A stretch of 64,000 nucleotides of DNA from an uncultured Candidatus Saccharibacteria bacterium (GTDB lineage Bacteria > Patescibacteriota > Minisyncoccia > Phycocordibacterales > PALSA-1337). Below, in pieces: positions 36,873-46,900 of the stretch; within the stretch, counting starts at the first letter, position 1, and each line of letters opens with the position of its first letter. The stretch spans positions 1,081 to 65,080 of the forward strand of contig CAYHLX010000004.1 of assembly GCA_964357605.1 (NCBI GenBank), given 5' to 3'. The notes beneath the pieces were generated by a model. That model was not told where the DNA came from. It saw nothing but the letters and a program-made list of their open reading frames with translations, and did not search any database. A program made the position numbers and the translations under genes.

Positions 36873-37752
36873 AAAATTTCAAAAATGTCAGCGGATCAAT
36901 GGAAATCCCATTTACTCTCACACTTATATGTAAGTGTGGAGCACCCGCATAACCCGTCTCTCCGCTAAGTCCTAAAATATCTCCTTTCTTTACTCTCTCT
37001 CCTTTTTTGACATTTATTTTTGATAAATGCATATACATAGTATGAATGCCAGAACCGTGATCAACAACTACTGTATTTCCATAAACTGTATACTTGGTGG
37101 CAATTTCAACCACCCCACTGTTCATGACCATTACCTCTATGCCTGTCAGTGCTCTAAAATCAGTGCCTTTGTGGACGATAGTCTGTCCTACCGTCTTTCG
37201 ATCATAGCCATAATTATCAGTCACAAAAATATAGGACAGAGGATAGGAAAAATTTTCTGTCCACAGAGTTGTGGAGGCGGTTTTTATGCTATTTAAAGTA
37301 AAATTTTCAGCTGCGAGATTTTTGACCAAAGCTTTGCTGGCCTCCGGAGTATTCCCTCCCAACTTGGCAGGAATGCCTAGGGGCTTCTCTATTTTTTCTC
37401 TGGGTGTAATAGTGATAGATGTCGTAGCAATCATCTTATTTGAAAGAGTAGCAGCAATAGTATGTTTGAAAACTTTTGTAGAAAAATCTATTGGAACAAC
37501 AGCATGACTCTTGCCATCATACTGAAACGTTTTGAGAGGCTTTTTATCAAATAAAACAACCGTTGGGGTAGAACTAGAGTTGATAGTGATGAAAACCGGA
37601 TCTCCAGGGTAAATAACAGCTGGGTAGATTGAAATGGTGGGTAGAGATGATTCTTTTTTAGAAATAACAGAATTTGAAAAGTCAGGCTTGAGAATAAAAA
37701 TTCCTAAAACAACAACCAAAATAATTGTGGTGATTGAGAGAAATATTTTCAT
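36859..37752 (-). CDS. M23-family peptidase (LytM-like), membrane anchored
   Basis: HKGTDF ... GYAGAPHLHISV zinc-binding motifs. Confidence 0.8.
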   Translation of the reverse strand: MKIFLSITTIILVVVLGIFILKPDFSNSVISKKESSLPTISIYPAVIYPGDPVFITINSSSTPTVVLFDKKPLKTFQYDGKSHAVVPIDFSTKVFKHTIAATLSNKMIATTSITITPREKIEKPLGIPAKLGGNTPEASKALVKNLAAENFTLNSIKTASTTLWTENFSYPLSYIFVTDNYGYDRKTVGQTIVHKGTDFRALTGIEVMVMNSGVVEIATKYTVYGNTVVVDHGSGIHTMYMHLSKINVKKGERVKKGDILGLSGETGYAGAPHLHISVRVNGISIDPLTFLKFFTLE

Positions 37753-37764
37753 AAATAAGAAAAA

Positions 37765-38076
37765 TTACAGAAACTTTTCTATGCCAATAACTACGATATA
37801 GTGCACCACCTCTATGACCAGCAAAAATAAAATAGCACCAGTCATTGATTGTCCTGTAGTTTTAGAAATCAAGATCATAGTGACAACGAGCGACACCGCC
37901 CACCCCATCCATCCTATATAATCTGGGAGAGTATTGAGTAAAGGAATCGCCACAGCGAGAACTAAAGCTCTTAGCCAATCTCGACCATCACCAAAATTAG
38001 ATGCTGTAAAATACAGCATCAACAGAACAAAAATAACAACGATTTCTGCTATAAGATGAGAATTAAATATCTCCAC
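37765..38076 (-). CDS. Hypothetical small membrane protein
   Basis: 3 hydrophobic helices. Confidence 0.3.
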   Translation of the reverse strand: MEIFNSHLIAEIVVIFVLLMLYFTASNFGDGRDWLRALVLAVAIPLLNTLPDYIGWMGWAVSLVVTMILISKTTGQSMTGAILFLLVIEVVHYIVVIGIEKFL

Positions 38077-38080
38077 TACT

Positions 38081-38401
38081 CTATTCTACCACTACCGCCG
38101 TCCCAGAGATACTGATCATGAGCATAGAGCCTTTTGACCCCACTGTTTCAAAATCAAAGTCTATCCCGACAATGGCATTGGCACCCTTCTGACTAGCCTC
38201 TTCTTCTAGTTCGGCTAGAGCCATGACCTTCCCTTCGGCTAGCTTTTTTTCGTAAGTAGCAGAACGACCACCGACGATATCACGCACACTCGCAAAAATA
38301 TCACTGAAAATATTGGCCCCAATGATGACATCGGCACTGATAACGCCTAAATATGTTTTAATTTTCTTACCCTCTATGGAGGGTGTGGTTGTGTGGATCA
38401 T
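38081..38401 (-). CDS. YbjQ/UPF0145-family protein
   Basis: GANAIVGIDFDFETVGSKGSMLMISISGTAVV. Confidence 0.65.
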   Translation of the reverse strand: MIHTTTPSIEGKKIKTYLGVISADVIIGANIFSDIFASVRDIVGGRSATYEKKLAEGKVMALAELEEEASQKGANAIVGIDFDFETVGSKGSMLMISISGTAVVVE

Positions 38402-38411
38402 GGTTATTTAT

Positions 38412-38957
38412 TTAATTTAATAATTGTCTCTCAAGTGCCATAATATCATATCCTTTATGAACTTCATCATCCGTAGAAACACCGAGTGATAAGAGAAACT
38501 TTTGCAATTCTTTTCTCACAAGAATAGGGTCCTCATCCGACATTTTTTCTATTTCAATAAAAGCACCGATTTTCTCTACTTCATCAATACAGATTTCAAA
38601 TCTACCAAAGTAAGTGGTACGTCTAAGTTTGGTGACTTTATTGGCAATTTGGTATCCCATGAGAAAAAGGGCTCGTTCGAGAGCTCCAGCATCCTTCACT
38701 TCAGTTTCATATTCGGTCTTGGTCAAGGCCACTTTAGGATGAGGTTGCTTGACGGTAAAAATAAAGCGGCCGTCACTCTTTTCTCTGATGCGTAAAAAAT
38801 GGTCGTTTGTTAGATACTCTTCAATTGTGCCCAGAACTTTCGTATACACCGTATCTACTTGCCGAACCGGTTCCGACAAAACACACCCAAGTTCTAGGAG
38901 TTTCTTGATAACCTGATCCTCATTTTTAAGATGGGCTTTAACTTCGATTTCTTTCAT
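38412..38957 (-). CDS. CYTH-domain protein (CyaB/thiamine-triphosphatase-like)
   Basis: N-terminal EIEVKA motif and a C-terminal acidic patch. Confidence 0.55.
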   Translation of the reverse strand: MKEIEVKAHLKNEDQVIKKLLELGCVLSEPVRQVDTVYTKVLGTIEEYLTNDHFLRIREKSDGRFIFTVKQPHPKVALTKTEYETEVKDAGALERALFLMGYQIANKVTKLRRTTYFGRFEICIDEVEKIGAFIEIEKMSDEDPILVRKELQKFLLSLGVSTDDEVHKGYDIMALERQLLN

Positions 38958-39002
38958 CCTAAAAGTATATCAGATCAGAAATAAATAGCCCATCAGTAAA
39001 TA

Positions 39003-39155
39003 CTACTTAAGCGGATTCTCTCCTCGAATAACTCTAATAAGAATCATGATTATCGCGATTACGAGCAAGATATGGATAAACCACCCGATGGTATAGGTAC
39101 CAACTACCCCAAGAAACCACAAGATCAAAAGTATGACAGCGATTGTGATAAGCAT
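39003..39155 (-). CDS. lmo0937-family tiny membrane protein (50 aa, below the ORF-track cutoff)
   Basis: My translation: MLITIAVILLILWFLGVVGTYTIGWFIHILLVIAIIMILIRVIRGENPLK. Confidence 0.45.
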   Translation of the reverse strand: MLITIAVILLILWFLGVVGTYTIGWFIHILLVIAIIMILIRVIRGENPLK

Positions 39156-39241
39156 ATAATTAAAGACGAGTTGGGAATGATAATATTACAGGTTTTTGTA
39201 TTGGGGTCGCGTAGTGGATAGATTTAGAACCTGTTCACAGT

Positions 39242-40609
39242 TTAGTTTGAAAAACCAACATTGACCTCCAATTCCCTTTTGAAAATATTCCCTGCAGTAT
39301 CTTTTACGAAGAAAACAGGAGTCCACGTAGTTCCAGTAGTGGAAACCTTAAAATATTTATGAGTAAAACTTGCACTACTCTGATACTTAACTGCAGAAAG
39401 CGGCATACCACCGTACATGTTTTTATATTCAGGCTCATCGCCCCACATTACTCCATAGGTGAGCATATTTTTTTGTGGATTGATAACTTCAACACTCCAA
39501 ACGCCCGTTTCTCCATCATTTAATTTTTGAGGTCCTGAAATCTTTGAAATATCAACTTGATTTGTTGCCGTCTTATCAGTTGTATTGCTTTGCTTAGTGG
39601 TCGCAGGTACAGAACTTGTAGAGTTACAAGTGAATCCTTTCGGCTCATTGGTGACTATCCCATACCAATCTTTGTCCGCACAAACATATCCATAACGATT
39701 GTTCATCTTGTAATAACCAATGAATTCAGTCTTGCTTTCGCGACAGGTAATATTGGGCATAGTACCGACAAGCGCTGCATCAGTACACGTACCGATATAG
39801 GACTTGGTGTTGAGGGGACTCTTCTCTGGTCCGTAGGTATATATACGCGAAGCAACATATCGTACACCCTGTATTGAGGTCAACTCCATCGAAAGCGCAT
39901 AACGACTTTCCCCAGTATACATTGTATTCGCATCACCTGTATCTTTCACGTCCGTGTCCATTGATCCTATGATGGATTCAATTATTTCAAACATGGGTTT
40001 GAAATCCACAGTTGATAAATCTTTACCAGCCTGACCTCCATATGCATATGACACATGTGCAACCTTACAAAATGGTTGTTTTTCAATATACACAAAATTC
40101 TTCAACGAACTATATGACGTCACGAGATCATTTGATCCGATTAAGAACACTCTTCCATTTATTGTTTTTGTGTCTGTATATGAACTCAGTTGTGAATAAG
40201 TGTCACTCTGTACCAAATCCGAACATTTAGTTTGATCTGGCGTTGAAGAAATACTCAAAGAAAACTCAGTATTATCCGTAGTAGTTCCTACTATACTGAC
40301 CGCGTAAATATCGTCAAAACCCCACGCATCGGGAGATTCATCTAATGTCATTGTCGGAGGATACCTGAGTGATAAATCAAATTTTTCATTTAAATACGTT
40401 TTCCACGATAAAGGGGCTGCCACGTAATTATCCTCTGCAATAAAAGCTGCATCCTTTTTAAAAAAGATTTCTGGGTATGACAATAAAATTCCGATAAATC
40501 CTACGATAATCAAGATAGGAAAAGCAATAAACCACGTAACACGATGAGTATTTTTTTCGAGAGTGTTTGGCCGTAAAGGTGGAGAAGGTATGACTTGGTC
40601 AGGTTGCAT
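39242..40609 (-). CDS. Hypothetical membrane-anchored secreted protein
   Basis: N-terminal TM helix and a Ser/Thr-rich ectodomain. Confidence 0.45.
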   Translation of the reverse strand: MQPDQVIPSPPLRPNTLEKNTHRVTWFIAFPILIIVGFIGILLSYPEIFFKKDAAFIAEDNYVAAPLSWKTYLNEKFDLSLRYPPTMTLDESPDAWGFDDIYAVSIVGTTTDNTEFSLSISSTPDQTKCSDLVQSDTYSQLSSYTDTKTINGRVFLIGSNDLVTSYSSLKNFVYIEKQPFCKVAHVSYAYGGQAGKDLSTVDFKPMFEIIESIIGSMDTDVKDTGDANTMYTGESRYALSMELTSIQGVRYVASRIYTYGPEKSPLNTKSYIGTCTDAALVGTMPNITCRESKTEFIGYYKMNNRYGYVCADKDWYGIVTNEPKGFTCNSTSSVPATTKQSNTTDKTATNQVDISKISGPQKLNDGETGVWSVEVINPQKNMLTYGVMWGDEPEYKNMYGGMPLSAVKYQSSASFTHKYFKVSTTGTTWTPVFFVKDTAGNIFKRELEVNVGFSN

Positions 40610-40790
40610 ATAATTGTCAATAATAGCATGGGATTTTTCAAAAGAAAAATACCACTTACGTATAACTTTTTCTCGTGGATACCGTCGTAGAGGAAGTTAG
40701 AACTGTTTTTGAGAAAAAGACAAACCACAGATTTCTTTGCGGCTGTTTGAATAACCTTACATTTCGAGAGTTCTGATATTCTAAAAATAT

Positions 40791-41567
40791 TTACAGGATC
40801 TGCAACGTCTTCAAAATTTCTGCGTTAACAATATCGATCTCTGCAACACTTCGACGATAACCATGCCCTATACCCCTAAGAAAAAGGTATCTCTTAGGTT
40901 CATTTGCGTTATCAAAGAGAATCTTCACCTCTTCTGGTAAGCAAACTTTGTCTAATTCTCCAGCAACAAATATTATTGGGGTGTGAATTTTCTTGACTGC
41001 TTGAATTGAATTAAATTTTAGACGATCAGTTAAATGATCATAAGGCAATTTAAAACTCTTGGTTTCACTACTACCTGGAATATCTCGAGTGGAAAGATAG
41101 AAGCCTTGCTTTTTCCAATTTGTGTATTTATCTCCCTTTAATTCTTCTGCTGAAATAGGGGTTGGTGGCATAATTGGTACGACTATGGAAATTCTTGGAT
41201 CTTGGGCTGCGTACAAAATAGAAATTTCCCCTCCCCGACTATGTCCACCAAGCAAGATAGTTTTGTAAGATTTTCTAGATAGCATGAAATCTAAAACACT
41301 CGCTACGTCTTTCAAATATCGAGAAACTGAATAATCAGCATCCTGACCATCACTTTCCCATGTTCCCAAAGGATCAAATCTTACCGTAGTGTAACCCTCT
41401 TTCGACAAAGTTTCAGCTAGTTTTATAAGATGATTATAATCTTTTGTATCTAGATTCCCTGGACACAAAACAGCAAGTTTATCTGTCTCAATTTCAGGAT
41501 AGTGAATAGCTGCTGCAATATTTTTCTTTGTCTTGATCGGAATTTTTACTTTTTCAGTTTTCATCAT
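40791..41567 (-). CDS. Alpha/beta hydrolase
   Basis: GGHSRGG nucleophile elbow. Confidence 0.6.
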   Translation of the reverse strand: MMKTEKVKIPIKTKKNIAAAIHYPEIETDKLAVLCPGNLDTKDYNHLIKLAETLSKEGYTTVRFDPLGTWESDGQDADYSVSRYLKDVASVLDFMLSRKSYKTILLGGHSRGGEISILYAAQDPRISIVVPIMPPTPISAEELKGDKYTNWKKQGFYLSTRDIPGSSETKSFKLPYDHLTDRLKFNSIQAVKKIHTPIIFVAGELDKVCLPEEVKILFDNANEPKRYLFLRGIGHGYRRSVAEIDIVNAEILKTLQIL

Positions 41568-41569
41568 CG

Positions 41570-41644
41570 TGGGGTGACTAGAGGGAATCGAACCCTCGAC
41601 GCCGCTGCCACAGAGCGGAGTTTTACCATTAAACTATAGCCACC
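41570..41644 (-). tRNA. tRNA-His (anticodon GTG) with encoded G-1 and CCA
   Basis: Cloverleaf folded by hand. Anticodon loop CTGTGGC. The extra 5' G pairs with discriminator C. Confidence 0.85.
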
Positions 41645-41694
41645 ATATACCGCGCACCACCAATTTATAACACACCTATCACTTCTTAGCGAGT

Positions 41695-42021
41695 CTAGGC
41701 CTGCACCTTATCTATCTTCGTTGCTAGAATAAAATCATTCTCTGTAAGCCCTGAGACAGCATGCGTCTGAAGCTCGATCGTCACTTTATTAAAATAAATG
41801 TGCAAATCAGGATGATGCCCTTCTGCCTCCGCAATGCCGGCCACTTTATTTACAAAAACCATGGCTTCAGTAAAATTGCCAAAAACAAATTCTTTTTTAA
41901 TCTTGATATCTCCTTCTACTTTCCAACCAGAGAGACCTTGCATAAAAATACTAATCTCTTCTGGAGTAAGAGCTTTGCCACCAACCTCACAGGGAATACA
42001 TTTTTTATTTGAGAGATCCAT
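41695..42021 (-). CDS. Pterin-4a-carbinolamine dehydratase
   Basis: EAEGHHPDL ... THAVSGLTEND. The start was moved to MDLSNKK so the gene clears tRNA-Leu. Confidence 0.75.
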   Translation of the reverse strand: MDLSNKKCIPCEVGGKALTPEEISIFMQGLSGWKVEGDIKIKKEFVFGNFTEAMVFVNKVAGIAEAEGHHPDLHIYFNKVTIELQTHAVSGLTENDFILATKIDKVQA

Positions 42022-42025
42022 AATA

Positions 42026-42109
42026 TGGTGCCCAGGAGAGGATTCGCACCTCCACGCCTTACGGCACACGCACCTCAAGCGTGCTTGGCTACTGTTACAA
42101 CACCTGGGC
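42026..42109 (-). tRNA. tRNA-Leu (anticodon GAG), type II with a long variable arm, CCA encoded
   Basis: Acceptor GCCCAGG/CCTGGGC and anticodon stem CACGC/GCGTG with loop TTGAGGT. Confidence 0.8.
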
Positions 42110-42784
42110 ATTAATGCTTTCTTGTTTCTTCACTATACCCAAACTTTTCTTTATTTTCAAGTACTTTCTAGTTAAAAATAGGCTCTCTTTATTTTTATAC
42201 ATATATTTGAAAAGTATGACTGACTCATTTTTTGCATATTTTAACTGAAAACAAGACTGATTTTTTGATTTGGTAATATGCCCTTTTATTTCAATTTCTT
42301 TACGTAGAGTATCTTGTAACCAGGTAATATGCTTTTTACTTGCAGATATAAATTCCAAATACAACATAAAACTTGATTTCCATCTTTTATCCCAATAGGA
42401 GTATGAGCATCCATCTCCATCAAAACTTCCTCTTATGAAGTCTCTCATGTATTTTTGTGGAACATCTATCTTTCCTATAGTTTTTGATTTATTAGATGTC
42501 AAACCAATCGACTGAAGAAATTTGTAAAATAAAACATCACCTATTTGAATAACATAGTATTTCTTTTCAGACCCTGATCCACTTCCTTTCATACAGTAAT
42601 CGTATGAAATACTTAGAGCTTTCTGAAAATTATCGACCATTTCTTTATCTATAGATGTAAAAGAGATATGCCTATTATCTGGTGATAAGTTCCCATCAGT
42701 TGCAATAAGCCCGATCGCATACGCAAAATTAGCTGACCATTTGATCTTCACTTTACCTCTTGGTTTTGGTCCTCTCTTCCCCAT
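42095..42784 (-). CDS. LAGLIDADG-family homing endonuclease (two-motif, free-standing)
   Basis: AYAIGLIATDGNLS and FIRGSFDGDGCSY motifs. The 3' end overlaps the 5' end of tRNA-Leu by 15 nt. Confidence 0.65.
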   Translation of the reverse strand: MGKRGPKPRGKVKIKWSANFAYAIGLIATDGNLSPDNRHISFTSIDKEMVDNFQKALSISYDYCMKGSGSGSEKKYYVIQIGDVLFYKFLQSIGLTSNKSKTIGKIDVPQKYMRDFIRGSFDGDGCSYSYWDKRWKSSFMLYLEFISASKKHITWLQDTLRKEIEIKGHITKSKNQSCFQLKYAKNESVILFKYMYKNKESLFLTRKYLKIKKSLGIVKKQESINAQVL

Positions 42785-42900
42785 CAGTTAATAATACTAG
42801 ATATTAAAAACTACTCAAGGTGATAGCATCTACCTATTTATAAATAAATATAGGCCGTGGGTATTTCCCACGGCCTTCGTAAACACAAGGCGCAAACAAG

Positions 42901-43746
42901 TCAGAACTGCTCCGTAAGTTTGGCGATGGTTTTGTAGCGTTCGAAAAGAAGCTGTTTGATCGCTTCACCATCCTTCTCCTGGCTCTTCCGAAATGGGTCC
43001 TTGTCAAACGCCTCTGCCTTGTTCCCACCCTTCCACAGCCGCCACTCATCCGGCGTGATTGCATCAATCACCACCGTCCTCCCCGTCAAAGGACAGATGC
43101 CAACCTCAATCTTGAGATCCACCAGGGTGTACCCAAGTTTCGCCCACGATTTGGCCAGAATCCGATAAGTATTGAGGACAAGCACGTTAACTTCCAGGAA
43201 GAAATCACTGATTTCCTCACAGGAAGGTGCATGCCCCCACAGATCCCACCTTTCATCCTTGAAATCCAGGAACCCAAGTCCTGAACCAGTCGCTGTGAGT
43301 GGCAAAGCCGGCTTGTGAAGTGTGTATAGACCCTCCATGGAATCAGCCGTCTGAATAAACGGGTCATGCCGAGCGTCATCCTTTAAGAACATTTCGGTGA
43401 TGGGGCTCCCGAAAACCTCGCCCTCTTTCGCATCAGGATTGCGTTTGAGGTATGAGCCGGTAGCAATACCACGGCAAACGACTTCCACCGGCGCTGGGTA
43501 TGCATACAAAGCCATGAAAGAATCACGCCCCGAGGCCTCGATGAAAGTGGTAGATATACCACTCTTGTGAAGAAGGCGGAAGCAGTTGCCAGCAATGGCA
43601 GAGGATAGTGCCCCTTTGCCCGGCACCCGGATCAATGAGGCGCCATCGCCAGCAGTCACGTTGTCAGAAAAATGCACCTGCACAACCTGAGAAGGAAAAC
43701 CTCTGATTGTCTTGGTTTTTCCTTGATGGAATTTGATCGTCTTCAT
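42901..43746 (-). CDS. purC: SAICAR synthetase (PurC, short bacterial type). GC-rich (about 50%).
   Basis: Blocks HQGKTKTIRG, FSDNVTAGDGAS, VEVVCRGIATGSYLKR, LVDLKIEVG, and RLWKGGNK match E. coli PurC. Confidence 0.85.
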   Translation of the reverse strand: MKTIKFHQGKTKTIRGFPSQVVQVHFSDNVTAGDGASLIRVPGKGALSSAIAGNCFRLLHKSGISTTFIEASGRDSFMALYAYPAPVEVVCRGIATGSYLKRNPDAKEGEVFGSPITEMFLKDDARHDPFIQTADSMEGLYTLHKPALPLTATGSGLGFLDFKDERWDLWGHAPSCEEISDFFLEVNVLVLNTYRILAKSWAKLGYTLVDLKIEVGICPLTGRTVVIDAITPDEWRLWKGGNKAEAFDKDPFRKSQEKDGEAIKQLLFERYKTIAKLTEQF

Positions 43747-43890
43747 GAGATGAACTTTCTTTTCTGTATCTAGCCTTAGCTAGGAGTTTATGGTTTACCG
43801 CATTTACATCCTGATGCTATCATTTGAATATGCTCTGTCAAGAAAAAGAAAAAACCGCTTTCGCGGGTCTTTCTTTTTGTATTTTGTAAC

Positions 43891-44343
43891 TTAAGCCGCC
43901 ACCTCTTCTTTCTTTTCTCCTGCTACAACTGCAATCTTGGTGTCCGTGTTCTGTTCAGGGTCAATCGCTAGCAAACGTCTCATTTGTTTTCTAATCTCCT
44001 TTGTAGCTTTTTCACGAACGAAATATAGCTTAGCTCGGCGCACCTTTGAGCGGCGAAGTAGTTCAATCTTATCAATCATGGGAGAATAGAGAGGAAAAAT
44101 CTTTTCTACACCCACCCCGTCAATCACCTTTCTAACAGTAAAAGTCGCTCCGGCTTCTGTACCATGCTTTCGAGAAAGAACTAGGCCTTCAAAAGCTTGA
44201 AGACGTGTCTTATCCTTTTCCTTAACCTTTTGCCAAACACGCACATTGTCACCAGAACGAAGACTCAGAGCCTTGCGTTCCTCTACATTTATCGGAGAAT
44301 TTATATTTTTATTTGTAGCCATACGTAGGGACAAATCTATCAC
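43891..44343 (-). CDS. rplS: 50S ribosomal protein L19
   Basis: Typical L19 core ...[12 protein letters not shown]... Confidence 0.9.
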   Translation of the reverse strand: MIDLSLRMATNKNINSPINVEERKALSLRSGDNVRVWQKVKEKDKTRLQAFEGLVLSRKHGTEAGATFTVRKVIDGVGVEKIFPLYSPMIDKIELLRRSKVRRAKLYFVREKATKEIRKQMRRLLAIDPEQNTDTKIAVVAGEKKEEVAA

Positions 44344-45122
44344 ACGAGCCTTTTTTTGGCAAATTCCTCCATCCCTAGCTCCTTCATCGCCTCTTTAAAA
44401 TCTTTAGGTAAAGGAGCGGTCACCATTATCTCTTTCCCCTTACGATTTTTGAAGGAAATAAAGAAAGCGTGCAAAGCGGTTCTTTGAAACCCCAGAGCCA
44501 CTGGTTTATCACTAGCATAAAGCCTGTCACAGACCACTGGGTGATTAATTGCCTTAAAATGCACTCTGATCTGGTGTGTCCTACCAGTCTTCGGTTCTAT
44601 CTCCACCAAAGAAAATCCAGACTTAAAAGCCATCATCGTCCACCAAGTTTCCGCCTCTCTCATCTCTCCCTTTGCTCCACGAGTCGCCGAAAATCTTCTA
44701 AAATCACTAGGACTTTTGCCGATTGGACGATTGATAATTCCGTACTTCTCTTTCATATCACCGTAAACAAAAGCAAAATATTTCTTGGATACGATTCTAT
44801 TTTGAAATTGCTCTTTCAAGTGAGCGTAGCCTTTTTTGGTCTTAGCAATGAGCATCACGCCTGAGGTTCCTCTATCTAGTCTATGTACAATTCCTGGACG
44901 CTCTATAGTCTTCCCCTCTCCTGTAACAATAGGTTCTCCCACCCCCTTAGTCTTGGGGTACTTTTTTATAATCCAATCTACCAGAGTCGGTTCTTCCGTT
45001 CTACCATCAGAATGCACCACCAAACCAGCCGGCTTGTTAATGGCCAAAATGTCCGGATCTTCATATAAAATTGTAATGGTATTGTTTTTCAAATTAATTG
45101 TTTCTTTAGACCCTCTATCCAT
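44340..45122 (-). CDS. RluA-family pseudouridine synthase (second copy)
   Basis: [16 protein letters not shown]. Confidence 0.8.
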   Translation of the reverse strand: MDRGSKETINLKNNTITILYEDPDILAINKPAGLVVHSDGRTEEPTLVDWIIKKYPKTKGVGEPIVTGEGKTIERPGIVHRLDRGTSGVMLIAKTKKGYAHLKEQFQNRIVSKKYFAFVYGDMKEKYGIINRPIGKSPSDFRRFSATRGAKGEMREAETWWTMMAFKSGFSLVEIEPKTGRTHQIRVHFKAINHPVVCDRLYASDKPVALGFQRTALHAFFISFKNRKGKEIMVTAPLPKDFKEAMKELGMEEFAKKRLV

Positions 45123-45751
45123 CCGAGTATCCTAAGCAAGAGCTTTGTATCGCCAACTCCGACGTCAAGAGTACCATATTTTAAAGTTTTACGAAGATTT
45201 TTTGAACTTTTACTTTTAATTGCATATGTTTTAAAAAACTGAGAGAGTGGTATCTTAGTAATTTCTGACCAATATTTCTCTGCTTCTTTTACTATTTGAG
45301 TAGAGTGAACATGGATATGAGCGCGGAATCTACTTTCCTCAACCTTACATATTTCCCTAAAAAATCTCATTCCCATCATTATCATGAACGGATCGCTATT
45401 ACTAATACGAGCCATACCTTTTGATGTCTTAGCTCCTTCACCCCAATACAAACCGAGACCTAATATTTTAAGAGATTCGTGATCTATTTTTCTAATCTCT
45501 CTAGATGCCAAATCAATAATTTGACTCTTTTTATAAGATTCGTTTTTCAATCTACTCTGACGCCTCTTTTCAACCACCTCAGGAGAATGGCTTCTTCTTT
45601 TTAAATTTAGTTTTTGCTGTGAAGTTAGGGTAATATCTCTAACCCAAGTACTCACACTTCCCTTAGCGACAGACAACTCTTCAGAAATATCTTTTACAGA
45701 GTATCCTTTACTTCTCATTTCTACAGCTTTTTGTTTTATTTTAGGCTTCAT
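45089..45751 (-). CDS. HTH-domain protein with one LAGLIDADG-like motif (homing-endonuclease-like)
   Basis: N-terminal HTH (YSVKDISEELSVAKGSVSTWV) and ILGLGLYWGEGAK. Confidence 0.4.
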   Translation of the reverse strand: MKPKIKQKAVEMRSKGYSVKDISEELSVAKGSVSTWVRDITLTSQQKLNLKRRSHSPEVVEKRRQSRLKNESYKKSQIIDLASREIRKIDHESLKILGLGLYWGEGAKTSKGMARISNSDPFMIMMGMRFFREICKVEESRFRAHIHVHSTQIVKEAEKYWSEITKIPLSQFFKTYAIKSKSSKNLRKTLKYGTLDVGVGDTKLLLRILGWIEGLKKQLI

Positions 45752-45838
45752 GACTATTATAGTATATCGCTATAACACAAGAAGTCAAGACTGGAATGAT
45801 TGAAAATTTATCTTTTTTAGTCTATGCTACCTACTATT

Positions 45839-45914
45839 GCGCGATTAGCTCAGTTGGTAGAGCAACATGCTTACACCATGAAGGTCGCAGGTTCAAGTCC
45901 TGCATCGCGCACCA
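45839..45914 (+). tRNA. tRNA-Val (anticodon TAC), CCA encoded
   Basis: GCGCGAT acceptor, anticodon loop CTTACAC, T-arm GCAGG-TTCAAGT-CCTGC. Confidence 0.85.
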
Positions 45915-45920
45915 TAAAAA

Positions 45921-45952
45921 CAAAAAATACCCCGAAGGGTATTTTTTGTTTC
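45921..45952 (+). terminator. Rho-independent terminator after tRNA-Val
   Basis: AAAAATACCC-gaag-GGTATTTTTTG. Confidence 0.6.
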
Positions 45953-45967
45953 AAAGAAAATCTCAAA

Positions 45968-46348
45968 CTACATATTCATTGAAGACGAAGAATTTTTTGC
46001 AGAAAAACCAGCGATGAGCATAACTAGACCCAACACTATGTGTAACCAAGCATCAGCTCCATTGTAAGCGATAAAGCCTAGAAGTTGACCCTCACCAACA
46101 TAGAATCCTAGGATTGCAATGATAATAAAGATCACACCAAAGATCTTCAAAGCTAGAGGTGCCTTTGAAGGAGATCGTGATGCAATAAGTAGGAAGATCA
46201 AACCAGTAACTAGGCTCACAAGATTGTGGGCTAGGTTAACCATAAATATCGATTCTCCACTTGCACCCACTATCGGATTTGGGAAAAGCCCTAAGATACC
46301 TACTAATAGAAATATTACACCAAAGATCGTTGCTAATGTTTTAGCCAT
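45968..46348 (-). CDS. Hypothetical membrane protein (4 TM)
   Basis: Hydrophobicity pattern only. Confidence 0.4.
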   Translation of the reverse strand: MAKTLATIFGVIFLLVGILGLFPNPIVGASGESIFMVNLAHNLVSLVTGLIFLLIASRSPSKAPLALKIFGVIFIIIAILGFYVGEGQLLGFIAYNGADAWLHIVLGLVMLIAGFSAKNSSSSMNM

Positions 46349-46460
46349 ATAAATACTAATTTAAATTAATAATAACCCTTAAAAGCTACTAGAATATTAT
46401 ATCACGAAAATATTACTGTTATCTACAACTTATTAACAAGTTATACACAGATAGCCATTG

Positions 46461-46532
46461 TGCCTTCGGTAGGAATCGAACCTACATCAAGACCTTAGAA
46501 GAGTCCTGTTCTATCCATTGAACTACGAAGGC
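46461..46532 (-). tRNA. tRNA-Arg (anticodon TCT)
   Basis: Acceptor GCCTTCG/CGAAGGC, anticodon loop CTTCTAA. No encoded CCA. Confidence 0.8.
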
Positions 46533-46561
46533 GAACCTTAGGAATATACCAGAAATATGAC

Positions 46562-46894
46562 CTATTGCGAAGGGTCAGTGATTCCAGAGAAGCCTCTTGC
46601 AGCTTGTTCAGACTTTGAAGCCTTCGCATCAAAAATCTTAATAGTCTCAGCAAGAGCCTTGCTATCAAAAGAAATCGCATCTCCAGATGAAGTAGAAATG
46701 GTATATTGTATTCTACCTTGAGTCACCGCAAAATATAGGTAGGTACTCCCTATTGCCAAAACGACAATCACAATTACAGTTATAGAGATAATCATCAACC
46801 AGTCAATGTATGAATTTCGCCCAACCTCTTTCATAGCTCGAGAAAAGGATAGGCTAGAAGTTGCAAGATGATTTTTTGAAAGATGATTATCCAT
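46562..46894 (-). CDS. Hypothetical membrane-anchored protein, last gene of the pilMNO operon
   Basis: One TM helix. Operon position only. Confidence 0.3.
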   Translation of the reverse strand: MDNHLSKNHLATSSLSFSRAMKEVGRNSYIDWLMIISITVIVIVVLAIGSTYLYFAVTQGRIQYTISTSSGDAISFDSKALAETIKIFDAKASKSEQAARGFSGITDPSQ

Positions 46895-46900
46895 ATTAAT

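Noticed and set aside
41695-42111. Long form of the pterin dehydratase ORF (138 aa, starting at 42111)
   Set aside because: The first 30 codons (MPRCCNSSQARLRC...) are tRNA-Leu read in frame. I trimmed the start to the Met at 42021, which lies just outside the tRNA 3' end.
42834-43595. ORFs 42834..43067, 42956..43168, 43086..43379 and 43383..43595 overlapping purC
   Set aside because: Same reason: GC-rich purC generates long spurious open frames. PurC is the frame with strong block-by-block similarity.
45796-46017. ORF 45796..46017 (+), 73 aa
   Set aside because: It is laid over tRNA-Val (45839..45914) and its terminator.
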